A DNA stretch of 64,000 bases from a virus (taxonomy: Duplodnaviria > Caudoviricetes). The DNA is taken from positions 1 through 64,000 of IMG/VR virus record IMGVR_UViG_3300011890_000001; one strand, written 5' to 3'. The notes below the pieces were generated by a model. It had not been told where the DNA came from, searched no databases, and saw nothing but the letters and a program-made list of their open reading frames with translations. The translations under genes were made by a program, and so were the position numbers. Position 1 is the stretch's first letter, and every line of letters begins with the position of its first letter. Shown one piece after another: positions 1 through 9,612 of the stretch.

Positions 1-2
1 GC

Positions 3-335
3 GGCAATGAAGCAAGCCGTCCGGTGCAGAACGTGACAACGCAGGCTCCGCAACGTGAGAAGCTGAGCGAGCGTCTGGCGTCTCGTGCTGCACCGCAGTA
101 CGCGGCCGGTTCGGTGGAGTCCGTTCTGGCCGGTCTGTCTGGTCAGCGTCGCCGTACCATCGGTAGCGATGGCGGTAACCGTTCGCGTCGTTGGGGGTTG
201 CCCAACTCCAATGAACCGGATCTGCCGCCGTGGGTGGAGGACAACAGCAGCACGTCGTCCGGCGCCGGCCGTCGTTGGGACGGTTCGTCCGGTTCGGCCC
301 GCGGTCGCATCGGCCGTGGTCGTGATGCGCTGTAA
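3..335 (+). CDS. 3' end of a gene cut off by the window edge; Gly/Arg/Ser-rich disordered C-terminus
   Basis: Frame open from position 3 (GNEASRPVQNV...) to TAA at 335, followed by a terminator hairpin. It lies two genes upstream of the nvRNAP beta gene, where phiKZ gp69 (PicA/Imp1) lies, but the sequence does not confirm that identity. Confidence 0.6.
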   Translation, partial: GNEASRPVQNVTTQAPQREKLSERLASRAAPQYAAGSVESVLAGLSGQRRRTIGSDGGNRSRRWGLPNSNEPDLPPWVEDNSSTSSGAGRRWDGSSGSARGRIGRGRDAL

Positions 336-340
336 AGCGG

Positions 341-377
341 CATAAATGCCAGGGGCCTTCGGGCCCCTGGCTTCATA
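341..377. terminator. bidirectional intrinsic terminator between convergent genes
   Basis: GCCAGGGGCC-TTCG-GGCCCCTGGC (348-371), preceded by CATAA. Confidence 0.85.
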
Positions 378-381
378 GTCG

Positions 382-717
382 TTATTTTTTTGTGTTGAGC
401 ATGTTGAGCAGTCGAGAGATTGGCGCCTCCTCGGGCACCATCAGCGTACCTGCGTTACTGGTCAATTGAGTGGGTGAGGTAAACCCATTGAGTCGCATGA
501 CAATCCACTGCATGTGGTTGCGAATCCCGAGTTCCGCCATGGCGCCGTAGAGATCGCCTTCGTACTTGTACGCAAGTTGTTCGGTGATCGCCACTGGAAT
601 CATGGGTGCGTTTGCACGCAAATAATCCAGATGCAATTCCAAATTGTGTCGGAACTCCGGAGTATAAAAGGCGATATTGCCAGCTGGCCGAAGTTGACTG
701 ATTACTGACATGACCAT
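382..717 (-). CDS. conserved jumbo-phage protein with LysM/T4 gp53-like motif (phiKZ gp70 position)
   Basis: AGGAG RBS; motif QWIVMRLNGFTSP...GTLMVP resembles LysM-like baseplate proteins; divergent from the nvRNAP gene. Confidence 0.65.
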   Translation of the reverse strand: MVMSVISQLRPAGNIAFYTPEFRHNLELHLDYLRANAPMIPVAITEQLAYKYEGDLYGAMAELGIRNHMQWIVMRLNGFTSPTQLTSNAGTLMVPEEAPISRLLNMLNTKK

Positions 718-771
718 GCGGTGCTCCTAGTCGATTCTTTCGATTATTCGAGAACCACCAAAGGTCCCCGT

Positions 772-795
772 AAATAGTTTCAGGTACATACTATC
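772..795 (+). promoter_or_regulatory. putative early/middle phage promoter (ACATACTATC variant)
   Basis: AT-rich tract followed by ACATACTATC; the same core occurs at 49994-50004 and is related to the ACCATATAGT boxes. Confidence 0.45.
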
Positions 796-943
796 ACATT
801 GTAATCCCCCCACGGGATTTCATTAACCGTGCCGCCGCACGTCCCAGTTAACGGAGAATCGAGATGTATTGGGCCAGTAAGACCCATTAAAGATCTGACC
901 AGGTTTGTTTCATCGCATTTGCTTTAGCTACAGAGGACAATAC

Positions 944-3373
944 ATGGACAATCAGGTCATCAACGAACACGACGAACGTATCTCGGGGGGCTCTGCCGAA
1001 AACATTACCCCTCAGCACGATTCCGGTGCGCGCGTTCAGATGTTCGGCAGCCATCGCAGCCAGGCCCTACCGCTACTTGACGGCGAACCGCGCCGCATCA
1101 TGACTGGCGCAGAACGTAAGTTCGGCAGGGTTACCTTCGACATGCGAATCTCGACCAACGCCGAGGTTCACAACGTAATCCGCAAGTTTGTGCCCACTCT
1201 GGGCCATGGTGGTATCAGTGAAAATCCGCTGACGGCCGTTGTGTTCTACGACACCGAGAAGCGCCGCTATGACATCAAGGAAGTAACCACCTACCACTCG
1301 ATGCATCAGCGTTTTGGCTTTATGCTGGTGCCGACTCCGGCAATGTCAAAGCTGTCGTCAGCCAAGACGATCGCGAAGGACACCATCCTCTCGCATTCTC
1401 CGGCACTGGACGAACTCGGTAACTACTGCTACGGCATCAACGCCTATGTGGCACTGATGGACGTCCCTGGCGTCACTGAAGACGGCCTGATGATGTCCGA
1501 TCGCTTCGCCGAACGCTGCGCCACCGAGTGCATCGAAAGTCGTAGTCGCAGCTGGGGTAAGAAGTGGTATCCGTTGAACATCTACGGTGACGACGAGAAC
1601 TACAAGGCCCATCCGGACATCGGTGAGCACGTCCGTAAAGACGGTGTCGTGTTTGCTCTGCGCCGGATTCCGGTAGACGATGACATCATCACCGCCCCGC
1701 TGGACATGAACCCCAAGGCATTGCGTCGCATCGACCACCTGTTCGACCGTTGCGAATACGGCAAGGGTGGTGCGAAGGTCATCGACGTGATGGTCCATAG
1801 CGACGGCAAGCAACCTTCCGGCACGCCGGCGAAGATGGAGGAGCAGGCCAAAAAGTACCACCGAGAAATCACCCGCTACTACCAATCCATCCGTGACGCC
1901 TACAACAAGCTGTACCGCGAGGTGCAGAGTCACGATCGTTTCTCCCCGGCCTTCAGTGCCATGATGCGTAAGGTCAATCTGTACCTGCCTTGCGATATCC
2001 GGCACAAGAGCACGCAGATGTACCAGCATAATCCGCTGGACAACTGGCACGTCAAGGTCACCTACCACTACCATTTCATCCCCAACCGTGGTTCCAAGTT
2101 CACGGGTTGTCATGGGGACAAGGGCGTGATGTGCTACAAGGTGCCGTGGCAGGACATGCCGGTGGACGCTTGGGGTAACCGCGCCGATATCATCGCGGCG
2201 TCGGGTTCGACGATCAACCGCATGAATATCGGGCGACCGATTGAACACACGGTCAATGGTTCTATGGAAATGCTGACCGATGCCGTTCGTATGGGCATGG
2301 GTCGACATGACCTGCTGGAAAAGGACCCACTCACTGAAATGGCAGCGGACACCATCCGCTCGGAATGGCAGACGGTGCCGGAGGGTGAGGAGGCGATGCT
2401 TCGCATTGCCGCGTACATTGATGGCTCGTACGATCGTGCGTTTGAAGTATTGCGCGATTTCTACCAGACTGTCAGTCCCAAGATGAACGCCCTGTTCGAT
2501 AGCAAGTCCTACAAGGGCAGTATCAAGTACCACGTCGATTCGGTTCTGGAAAAGGGTATCTACCTCTGGGTACCGCAATCCAATCCGGTGCGCTGGGTGG
2601 AGTACGTCTACGACGAGAGCGAGTTCGATGCAGACGCCTACGCGCAGGCCATGGAGAAATTCCTGGCTGGCGGTGGGGATGGACTGGAACCCAAGCCGGA
2701 AATGTACGGCGCAAAGTCCAAGGTAATCCCCGGGGGTGTGATTGGTGAACTGAAGCGTCGCTTCCCGGCACGCGTCAGTAAGATCATGTATCGCGGTGAG
2801 TCGGGCGAAGTCGTGAAGACCAAGGACGATATCCTGATCGCCCAGACGTACATGATGATGTTGGAGAAAACGGCTACCGACTGGTCGGGTGCTGCATCGA
2901 CACGTCATCAGCACTACGGTCTGCCCGCCAAGATGTCCAAGCAGGATAAGCATTCGTTGCCGGCCTCCGGCAGTGCGGTGCGAATCCTGGGCGAGGCCGA
3001 AGTGCGACTGGGTACGGCAACTGCACCGCCGAAGCTGGTGGCCCAGATGCTGGAAATGTCCAACAGTCCCGAGGCCCACAAGAACGTGGTGTCCAATATC
3101 TACAGCGCCAAGAGTCCGACCGACATTGACGAAGTGTTGGATCGTGACGTGGTGCCGGAAGGTACTAACCGGGCGCAGGTCTTCAATCACCACACGATGC
3201 AAATGGCCGGCATTGAGTTCTTCTACGTCGACCATACCGATCAACAGGAGATCTACCCGAAGGATCCGGGTGGGGTGATGCAGGACTTTGGTCTGTCCGG
3301 CCAGGACGATGAAGATGATGACGACCTGCCGGAAGTGGCAGAGTCAGAAGATGAAGAAGCCGATGAGGAGTGA
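944..3373 (+). CDS. non-virion RNA polymerase beta subunit, C-terminal part (phiKZ gp71-73-like)
   Basis: Beta-type motifs RVQM..SH.SQA, TEDG, GSKFTGCHGDKGV, NRMNIGR, LEK and RILGEAE; GAGGA RBS before ATG 944; acidic tail. Confidence 0.92.
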   Translation: MDNQVINEHDERISGGSAENITPQHDSGARVQMFGSHRSQALPLLDGEPRRIMTGAERKFGRVTFDMRISTNAEVHNVIRKFVPTLGHGGISENPLTAVVFYDTEKRRYDIKEVTTYHSMHQRFGFMLVPTPAMSKLSSAKTIAKDTILSHSPALDELGNYCYGINAYVALMDVPGVTEDGLMMSDRFAERCATECIESRSRSWGKKWYPLNIYGDDENYKAHPDIGEHVRKDGVVFALRRIPVDDDIITAPLDMNPKALRRIDHLFDRCEYGKGGAKVIDVMVHSDGKQPSGTPAKMEEQAKKYHREITRYYQSIRDAYNKLYREVQSHDRFSPAFSAMMRKVNLYLPCDIRHKSTQMYQHNPLDNWHVKVTYHYHFIPNRGSKFTGCHGDKGVMCYKVPWQDMPVDAWGNRADIIAASGSTINRMNIGRPIEHTVNGSMEMLTDAVRMGMGRHDLLEKDPLTEMAADTIRSEWQTVPEGEEAMLRIAAYIDGSYDRAFEVLRDFYQTVSPKMNALFDSKSYKGSIKYHVDSVLEKGIYLWVPQSNPVRWVEYVYDESEFDADAYAQAMEKFLAGGGDGLEPKPEMYGAKSKVIPGGVIGELKRRFPARVSKIMYRGESGEVVKTKDDILIAQTYMMMLEKTATDWSGAASTRHQHYGLPAKMSKQDKHSLPASGSAVRILGEAEVRLGTATAPPKLVAQMLEMSNSPEAHKNVVSNIYSAKSPTDIDEVLDRDVVPEGTNRAQVFNHHTMQMAGIEFFYVDHTDQQEIYPKDPGGVMQDFGLSGQDDEDDDDLPEVAESEDEEADEE

Positions 3374-3374
3374 T

Positions 3375-5342
3375 ATGGGCACTGTTCGTAAATACACCGC
3401 TCGTGACCTTGCGACCATGCCGCGGGATAGTCTCTGGGCTATCCCCGACGGCCGCATTGAGATCGTATTCGATGACGGGAGTTTGGAGTCTTCGGTACGT
3501 GAAGCAATCTTTTCGGCCTACACTTGGGGGTATTGCAACTATTTCCCTGAGGCGCCGCTGTTTAAGCGCCATCACATCAACGGTCGGGTGATGAACCCGA
3601 CCCTTCACCTGCGCATGATGGAGGCCACGTTCTGGGATACCTACGACGCCTACGGCGGGGAGTTGGACCACGAACGTATGGCGGAGCTCACCATCGAAAT
3701 GATCGGTGAGCTTTACAGTGACATGATCCGACACACGGACGCATATGTGACCTCGCTGTCGATGGACGACATCAACGAGGTCATGTGTCATCCGGCCATC
3801 AAGGAGGCCAACGACAAGGTAATGGAGTCGGCTTCCGACTTGAGCATTGCTCGGGCCTACGACACCATCGAGTCAGTACTGATGAGGTCGCCCGAAATGG
3901 ACGACAACATGTTGGCACGTATGTGCCGCAGTAATCTGATCAAGATGGGCCAGGTCAAACAGTGCGTGGGTCCACGCGGTCCGGTAACGGAAATTGACTC
4001 CACGTTGTTCCGATACCCGAGTCGTGAAGGTTTCGTGGGTGGCCTGTACAGCATCTACAACAGCCTGATCGAATCGCGCACCGCGTCCAAGTCGCTTTCG
4101 TTCACCGAAAAGCCGCTGCAGGAAACGGAGTACTTCAACCGTAAACTGCAGCTGCTGGCCGGCGTGATTCATTCTGTCTACGACGGTGACTGCGGTACGA
4201 CGTCTTACGCAAAGTGGTTCTTCCGACCCGGCCATGAGAAATTCCTGGCCGGTAAGTACTACCTGGACGAGGAGACCAATACGCTTCAGAAGATCACCAG
4301 CGCTTCCCGAATGTCGCTGTCTGGTAAAGAGATCCTGCTGCGTTCTCCGGGTCACTGCGCCACAACCGATTCGCAGTATGTCTGTTCGACGTGCTACGGC
4401 GAGATGGCGTTGAGTATCCAGCGCGGTACGAACATCGGTCACGTTGCCGCAACTGCCCTGTGTAAGCAGGCATCGCAGCAGGTGCTGTCCGTCAAGCACT
4501 TGGACTCCAGTACTTCTAACCCAGGGTTGATTCTGGGTGAGGCTGAAGAACGCTACATTCGCGTCGGTATGGATCCCAACGAGATCTTCTTCGTACCGGC
4601 CCTACGTGACTGTAAGATCGAGCTGGTGGTGCGTGCGACCGAAGTAGAGCGCCTGATCGACATCAATCGCGCCACTGGCGTGGAAATGCTGATGCCGACA
4701 CAGATCTCCAACCTTACGGAAATGGCCCTGCGCATCACTCGTCCCGACGGCCGTGTCTTGCCGCCGGATCTGGTGATGATCTCCAATGGTAGTCGGCGCA
4801 GTTCGTTCTCGCGTCCGATGCTGGCCTACCTGCAGAAGAAGGGCTGGCAGCTGGACAAGGCCGGTGACATCGTCATCAATCTGGATGAGTGGGATCACGA
4901 CGAGCCCATTCTGGTCACCCCGCGTCGTCAGGAGAACATGCTTGACTACATGAAGGTGATCGAAAAGTTCCTGAAGGCCGGCAAGCGTTCTGCAAAGAAC
5001 ACGAGCACCGATAAGTCCCTGCGTGACTACGAGGACTTTGACGGCGGCCTGTATGGGTTCTACGAGCTGGTGTCGTCTCGCCTGTCCGTGAACCTGGTAC
5101 ATCTGGAACTGCTCATCAAGTCGTGTCTGATCCGGTCGTCTAAGCATCGCGACTACCGAGTCCCACTGTTGGGTAACAAGTTCGAGGTGGGTCGCTTCGA
5201 TAGCAATATCTTCAATCGAAGTAACGGCAACGCCATGGCATTTGAGCATCATCGCTCGATGTGGGCTAACCCGGCGTCCTACCTGAATCTGTTCCGTCAG
5301 TCAACGCCGCTGGATGAAATCCTGCTGCCGTCCAAGGAGTAA
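3375..5342 (+). CDS. non-virion RNA polymerase beta' subunit, C-terminal part (phiKZ gp74-like)
   Basis: Beta' motifs QCVGPRG, ESRTASKSL...ETEYFNRKL, DCGT, LRSP..C, VCSTCYG, GHVAA....QQVLSVKH; GAGGAG RBS; directly follows the beta gene. Confidence 0.92.
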   Translation: MGTVRKYTARDLATMPRDSLWAIPDGRIEIVFDDGSLESSVREAIFSAYTWGYCNYFPEAPLFKRHHINGRVMNPTLHLRMMEATFWDTYDAYGGELDHERMAELTIEMIGELYSDMIRHTDAYVTSLSMDDINEVMCHPAIKEANDKVMESASDLSIARAYDTIESVLMRSPEMDDNMLARMCRSNLIKMGQVKQCVGPRGPVTEIDSTLFRYPSREGFVGGLYSIYNSLIESRTASKSLSFTEKPLQETEYFNRKLQLLAGVIHSVYDGDCGTTSYAKWFFRPGHEKFLAGKYYLDEETNTLQKITSASRMSLSGKEILLRSPGHCATTDSQYVCSTCYGEMALSIQRGTNIGHVAATALCKQASQQVLSVKHLDSSTSNPGLILGEAEERYIRVGMDPNEIFFVPALRDCKIELVVRATEVERLIDINRATGVEMLMPTQISNLTEMALRITRPDGRVLPPDLVMISNGSRRSSFSRPMLAYLQKKGWQLDKAGDIVINLDEWDHDEPILVTPRRQENMLDYMKVIEKFLKAGKRSAKNTSTDKSLRDYEDFDGGLYGFYELVSSRLSVNLVHLELLIKSCLIRSSKHRDYRVPLLGNKFEVGRFDSNIFNRSNGNAMAFEHHRSMWANPASYLNLFRQSTPLDEILLPSKE

Positions 5343-5417
5343 TACTGTGTGATATGGCGGCGGACTCACAGTCCCCCGCCTTCTTTAGAGAATTGATTTT
5401 TTTGGAGGAGTCCCCCT

Positions 5418-7007
5418 ATGTCGGCAGGTGTAATGCGCTTTTCAGCCGGCGACGTTATCAATGCGATGAATCGCCCGCGTGCGCGGATCGACGTATTTAG
5501 TCATGGTATCCGCATCACACGTTTCAATGGAGAAATACTTGCTGCGCTCTTAGGGATGATTCGTGAACATCTGTCTGAGTATGCGATCGTCCCTGGCCGT
5601 TTTGGTCGAGGTAAAAGGAAGATCGTAAAAGCATACGTGGGGACCAACCGCGACCGCACTGTTTTCCATTTCCATCGAAATAACTTGGATCTCCTGTTCA
5701 CTATCCTTCGTCGCATTAATGTGACTGAAGATCGTCTGGAGATCGTCCGTCACGAACTATACACCCCGCCGGAGATCATCCATCCGTTAAATGACTCCCG
5801 CCCTCCACGCGACACCCAGATCCCGATCCTCAAGTACCTGACCGAACCCACCAAAGAAGGCATTGCTCCTTCTAAAGTGGTTACCCTGCAAACAGGCGGC
5901 GGTAAGACCTTTATTGGTCTGTCGGCCCTGCGTACTCTAAAAGTGCGTGGCGTGTTCGTTCTGAAAGGAATGTACATCGAGAAATGGATCGAAGATATTG
6001 AAGGTGCGTACGGTAAGGAAAAGGATGCGCTCGTGGTTATCCGCGGGATGCCACAACTGATGAAGCTGATTGCCCTGGCGCAAGCTGGGCTAATGAAAGC
6101 TCGCGTCATTATCATCTCCAATAAAACCATGTTCATGTATCTTAAGGCCTACGAGCAGTACGGTCTTAAGGCAGTGGGTGATGTGCCGCCATGGAAGTTG
6201 TATGAGACACTGGGCGTAGGTGTACGGTTTATTGACGAGGTGCATCAGGAGTTCCACTGCAACTACCGTCAAGATATCTACACGCACGTCCCGTTGACCA
6301 TCTCTCTGTCGGCAACGCTGCAGGCTGATAACAAGCATACCCAGGAGATGTACTACGTCACCTGGCCGGTTGGTACTTGGGCACCTGAGGTGCCGTTCAA
6401 CAAGTACATCAATGCTTGGAACCTCTGGTATAAGTTCTCGGACGACAGCAAGCTGGTGTGGGCCAACAAAATGGGCCAGTACAATCACACTGAGCTCGAA
6501 AAGTCCATCATGCGTCAGCCAAAGCTGAAGCTGAAGTACTATGAGATGATTGCTGACCTAGTCCAGCGGACGTACGTCAGCAAGCGCGAGCCGGGCCAGA
6601 AAATGTTTGTCTTTGTTGCCACCGTGATGATGGCTACCGAACTACAGGCCTATCTGCAGTCGCTACACCCAAGGTTGCTCGTGCATCGCTACGTGTCCGA
6701 AGACGACTACGAAGAACTGCTGACGGGGGATATCTCCGTCACAACGCTTCTGTCGGCAGGCACCGCTGTGGACGTGCCCAACCTGCGTGTAACGCTGATG
6801 ACGACGGCACTGTCCACCACGCAGGGTAACTTGCAGGTGCTGGGTCGTACGCGACCGCTGATCGGTTGGCCGGACGTGGAGCCGGATTTCTACTTCTTGT
6901 CCTGCATGAACATTGACAAGCACATCAACTACGCTAAGGAAAAGCGCACGCAGTTCAAGGGTAAAGTGCTCACGTTCAACGAACAAAACACTGGTTGGAT
7001 ACTGTGA
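5418..7007 (+). CDS. superfamily 2 DExH helicase (UvsW-like, phiKZ gp75-like)
   Basis: Walker A QTGGGKT, DEVH, SAT, and motif VI QVLGRTR; GGAGGAG RBS. Confidence 0.9.
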   Translation: MSAGVMRFSAGDVINAMNRPRARIDVFSHGIRITRFNGEILAALLGMIREHLSEYAIVPGRFGRGKRKIVKAYVGTNRDRTVFHFHRNNLDLLFTILRRINVTEDRLEIVRHELYTPPEIIHPLNDSRPPRDTQIPILKYLTEPTKEGIAPSKVVTLQTGGGKTFIGLSALRTLKVRGVFVLKGMYIEKWIEDIEGAYGKEKDALVVIRGMPQLMKLIALAQAGLMKARVIIISNKTMFMYLKAYEQYGLKAVGDVPPWKLYETLGVGVRFIDEVHQEFHCNYRQDIYTHVPLTISLSATLQADNKHTQEMYYVTWPVGTWAPEVPFNKYINAWNLWYKFSDDSKLVWANKMGQYNHTELEKSIMRQPKLKLKYYEMIADLVQRTYVSKREPGQKMFVFVATVMMATELQAYLQSLHPRLLVHRYVSEDDYEELLTGDISVTTLLSAGTAVDVPNLRVTLMTTALSTTQGNLQVLGRTRPLIGWPDVEPDFYFLSCMNIDKHINYAKEKRTQFKGKVLTFNEQNTGWIL

Positions 7008-7696
7008 TGTCAAAAGAAGAAATGACCGACATCCCTGCTCCGGAAACGGAGCAGGGGGATAATGACGGCGCGGTCGTGACCTATGACGACTACCGCGATT
7101 ACGCAGCCAAGAACGATTTCATGTACGACTACTCAATGGAAGTTGAGCGGGGATACATTGGCGTCCTTGGTTGTGATTGTCAGAAGTGTATGGAAAAGGC
7201 GTCTAATCACACTGACAATTTTCAAATGGCAGCGTTTGCGATGTACTTGCTGGGATTGGAAAAACTTCTTGAAGAAGGCTTTGCAAGGGACGGCTATATG
7301 TTCCTTCAGGCTGTTGGCATGGGTTTTGAGATTGTCAACACGTGCCTTAAAATTCAGATGTCGGATCCCGGCTACACCTTCTCACTCATCGTAGCAATCA
7401 TCCTGTGTCTCCAGCTCACTAGGTATCGCGATGATCGAATCTATGATGAAGTTGCAGCACGCAGATGGCCAGTACCCTGCGGTGGTAAGGTGAAGAACAA
7501 TTTCATCTTTGGCCACTACCACATGCCGGTTGGTTTTCCGTATGTCGGTTGGGTAGAGCGCACCGAGCGTGAGTTGGACAATCTCATTGAGGTACGGTTT
7601 AAACCCGACTCGACAGCCACGATTCGTTCGACCATCGAACCTATCGCATGGTTTATCTATCTGGTGTTTGTACCGGCCAGTCCTACCCGCCACTGA
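7007..7696 (+). CDS. hypothetical protein (CxCxxC, hydrophobic segments)
   Basis: TGATG coupling to the helicase stop; terminator follows. Confidence 0.65.
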   Translation: MSKEEMTDIPAPETEQGDNDGAVVTYDDYRDYAAKNDFMYDYSMEVERGYIGVLGCDCQKCMEKASNHTDNFQMAAFAMYLLGLEKLLEEGFARDGYMFLQAVGMGFEIVNTCLKIQMSDPGYTFSLIVAIILCLQLTRYRDDRIYDEVAARRWPVPCGGKVKNNFIFGHYHMPVGFPYVGWVERTERELDNLIEVRFKPDSTATIRSTIEPIAWFIYLVFVPASPTRH

Positions 7697-7700
7697 GCGA

Positions 7701-7741
7701 CAGCATAAACCCCCGGCCTCAGTGGCCGGGGGTTTATGCTG
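7701..7741. terminator. bidirectional terminator
   Basis: CAGCATAAACCCCCGGCC-loop-GGCCGGGGGTTTATGCTG perfect 18-bp inverted repeat. Confidence 0.9.
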
Positions 7742-7757
7742 TTTACTTTCTTTTTTG

Positions 7758-9524
7758 TTACAGTGCACGCTTTTGGTCGAAGCGCTCCAAAATCTGATCG
7801 AAGGACGGTGCCTTATAGACCGTTCGACAGATCTCAACAGCATTGACATGTCCAGCAGACAGATTCACGCCGATTGCTCGACGCTCTTCTTGAGTAACGC
7901 CTCGGATGTAGCAGAGCTCCTTTGCCGTGGTACGCTTGGAGATATTCATGATGATCTCCACGTTCGGGTAAGTACCTTCCACGTCCAAGTCGCCCACGTG
8001 TGCACGCAGGTAACTCTTTACATTAGGTAGCTCTTCCAGAACAGCAATGCCGTTGTTTTCCACCAAGTGCGTGGGTAGGGTTACGATCCAGTCGTCAATG
8101 CCTACAACGTGCTGGTCGTTGTCGTCGACCATCTTGTTGGAGGTAGAGGCGGCTACCTTCTTATGCTCCAGAGCAAAGAAATGAAGGTCATCCCAGGTGC
8201 GTCGCGGCTGCGACGGGAACTTGCGATACTCCGAGTGACCGCACATCAGAGAGATCATCGAGCGCAAGTCAGTAGTGACCTCGTCGAGCAGCTCAACGGA
8301 AATACAGTCAAACAAGTTGTAGATGCAGTACTCAACCTTGAAGTTGCGCTGCATCTCTCGGTGCCAAGGCAGGCCAGTGCCTTCCAGTCGCTTCAGTTCC
8401 TTAAACTTCAGCTTGCGAATACCCAGGTGCTTCTTCAGGATATTGTCCAGCGCATAAGACGGTTCCTTACCGCCAGCAACGCGCAGCTTCAGATAAACAC
8501 ACATTGCGTCCAGCGCGTACCAACTGGCTGGACAGATGACTTCGTGCCAGCGTTCTGCCGGTGCCAGAGCCATGGTCTTACCCGAGGCAGTGACCTTCTG
8601 TGCAGGACCCTGCTTGTACTTGAACTGACGGAATGCGCGCGGAATCGCTGGGTCGCTGAAGACCTCAGCCAGGTCATAGCCCTCTCTTTCCAGACATGCG
8701 ATCATTTCGGTCATATCGAAGTCCATGTTCCAGTAGGCAAGGACGTCGGGCGACCATTCGTGTGCGGTGCGGAAGATACTGGCAATTGCCTGACCCGGAG
8801 TGTCGGTGAACTCCACTTCCAGTTCAAGCCCGCGGGACTCAATCAGATTAGTACGCGTGGGTTCTTTACCGGGGTTCTCCTTAATCGTCTCGCCCAGATA
8901 CTTGTGAAAGGCCTTACGGATCCGCTCCTCTGGATTGGGAACGCCCTCCATATAGGACTTGACCACAACCAGCTTCAGTTGCTTACCCATGGTGAGCGAC
9001 ACCATGATCGGCTCCCCAATCGTCTTGCCTGGGAACGGATTGAGTACGTCAGACTCGATATCCATTACCGCCACCTTGTTGGGGCTGACACGGTGAGGCC
9101 ACTTGCTGAGGTAGTTGTGTTTGGCCAAAACACAGGAGTTTACGTCCGTACCGTAGACGTAAGGGCTCTGCGCGATCTGCCGCATATCGATGCGTTGGCC
9201 GGGGATGCGTTCCAACTTACGCATGACATTGGCACCAAGTTCACGTTCGGTGCTGAAGTGCATGTCGACGCGGTCGAGATCTTCCCACTCTTTCTTGTCG
9301 TTGTGCTTGAACTTGGGGTGATCGCGGTAAAACTTCTTGGTGATCCAGTACGGGCGCTTGTGATCGTAGATCTGGCGGAGCTTGCCGACGCGTTCGCCGT
9401 CTGGAGTGTATTCATATTCCTTGATGAGCAGGAGATCGGCCGGAGTCCCATCAACGGAGTTAAAATACAATGCGTGTTTGCATTCAAACTCGGACTTCTT
9501 CGGCTGGGTGATCTGGTCAGACAT
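7758..9524 (-). CDS. split family-B DNA polymerase subunit with 3'-5' exonuclease domain (phiKZ gp82-like)
   Basis: ExoI MDIES, ExoII WNMDFD, SYALD, ExoIII YNLFD, and motif-A-like DLDVEGTYP; AGGGAG RBS before MSDQ. Confidence 0.85.
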   Translation of the reverse strand: MSDQITQPKKSEFECKHALYFNSVDGTPADLLLIKEYEYTPDGERVGKLRQIYDHKRPYWITKKFYRDHPKFKHNDKKEWEDLDRVDMHFSTERELGANVMRKLERIPGQRIDMRQIAQSPYVYGTDVNSCVLAKHNYLSKWPHRVSPNKVAVMDIESDVLNPFPGKTIGEPIMVSLTMGKQLKLVVVKSYMEGVPNPEERIRKAFHKYLGETIKENPGKEPTRTNLIESRGLELEVEFTDTPGQAIASIFRTAHEWSPDVLAYWNMDFDMTEMIACLEREGYDLAEVFSDPAIPRAFRQFKYKQGPAQKVTASGKTMALAPAERWHEVICPASWYALDAMCVYLKLRVAGGKEPSYALDNILKKHLGIRKLKFKELKRLEGTGLPWHREMQRNFKVEYCIYNLFDCISVELLDEVTTDLRSMISLMCGHSEYRKFPSQPRRTWDDLHFFALEHKKVAASTSNKMVDDNDQHVVGIDDWIVTLPTHLVENNGIAVLEELPNVKSYLRAHVGDLDVEGTYPNVEIIMNISKRTTAKELCYIRGVTQEERRAIGVNLSAGHVNAVEICRTVYKAPSFDQILERFDQKRAL

Positions 9525-9612
9525 TGGGTGCGGCTCCCTATTGCGTCGATTAAACATAGTATGGATATGAAGCGTATCTTTTCACTCAACCCTTACAACC
9601 CGAGGATCCACT

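Noticed and set aside
3-335. Naming the truncated first gene PicA/Imp1
   Set aside because: Only a disordered C-terminal fragment is visible and the assignment rests on recalled synteny alone
1358-3244. Long antisense ORFs (also 8109-9659, 14328-15668, 16669-18666, 28808-30973, 34546-36267)
   Set aside because: Shadow frames of strongly codon-biased genes on the opposite strand, with no recognisable motifs
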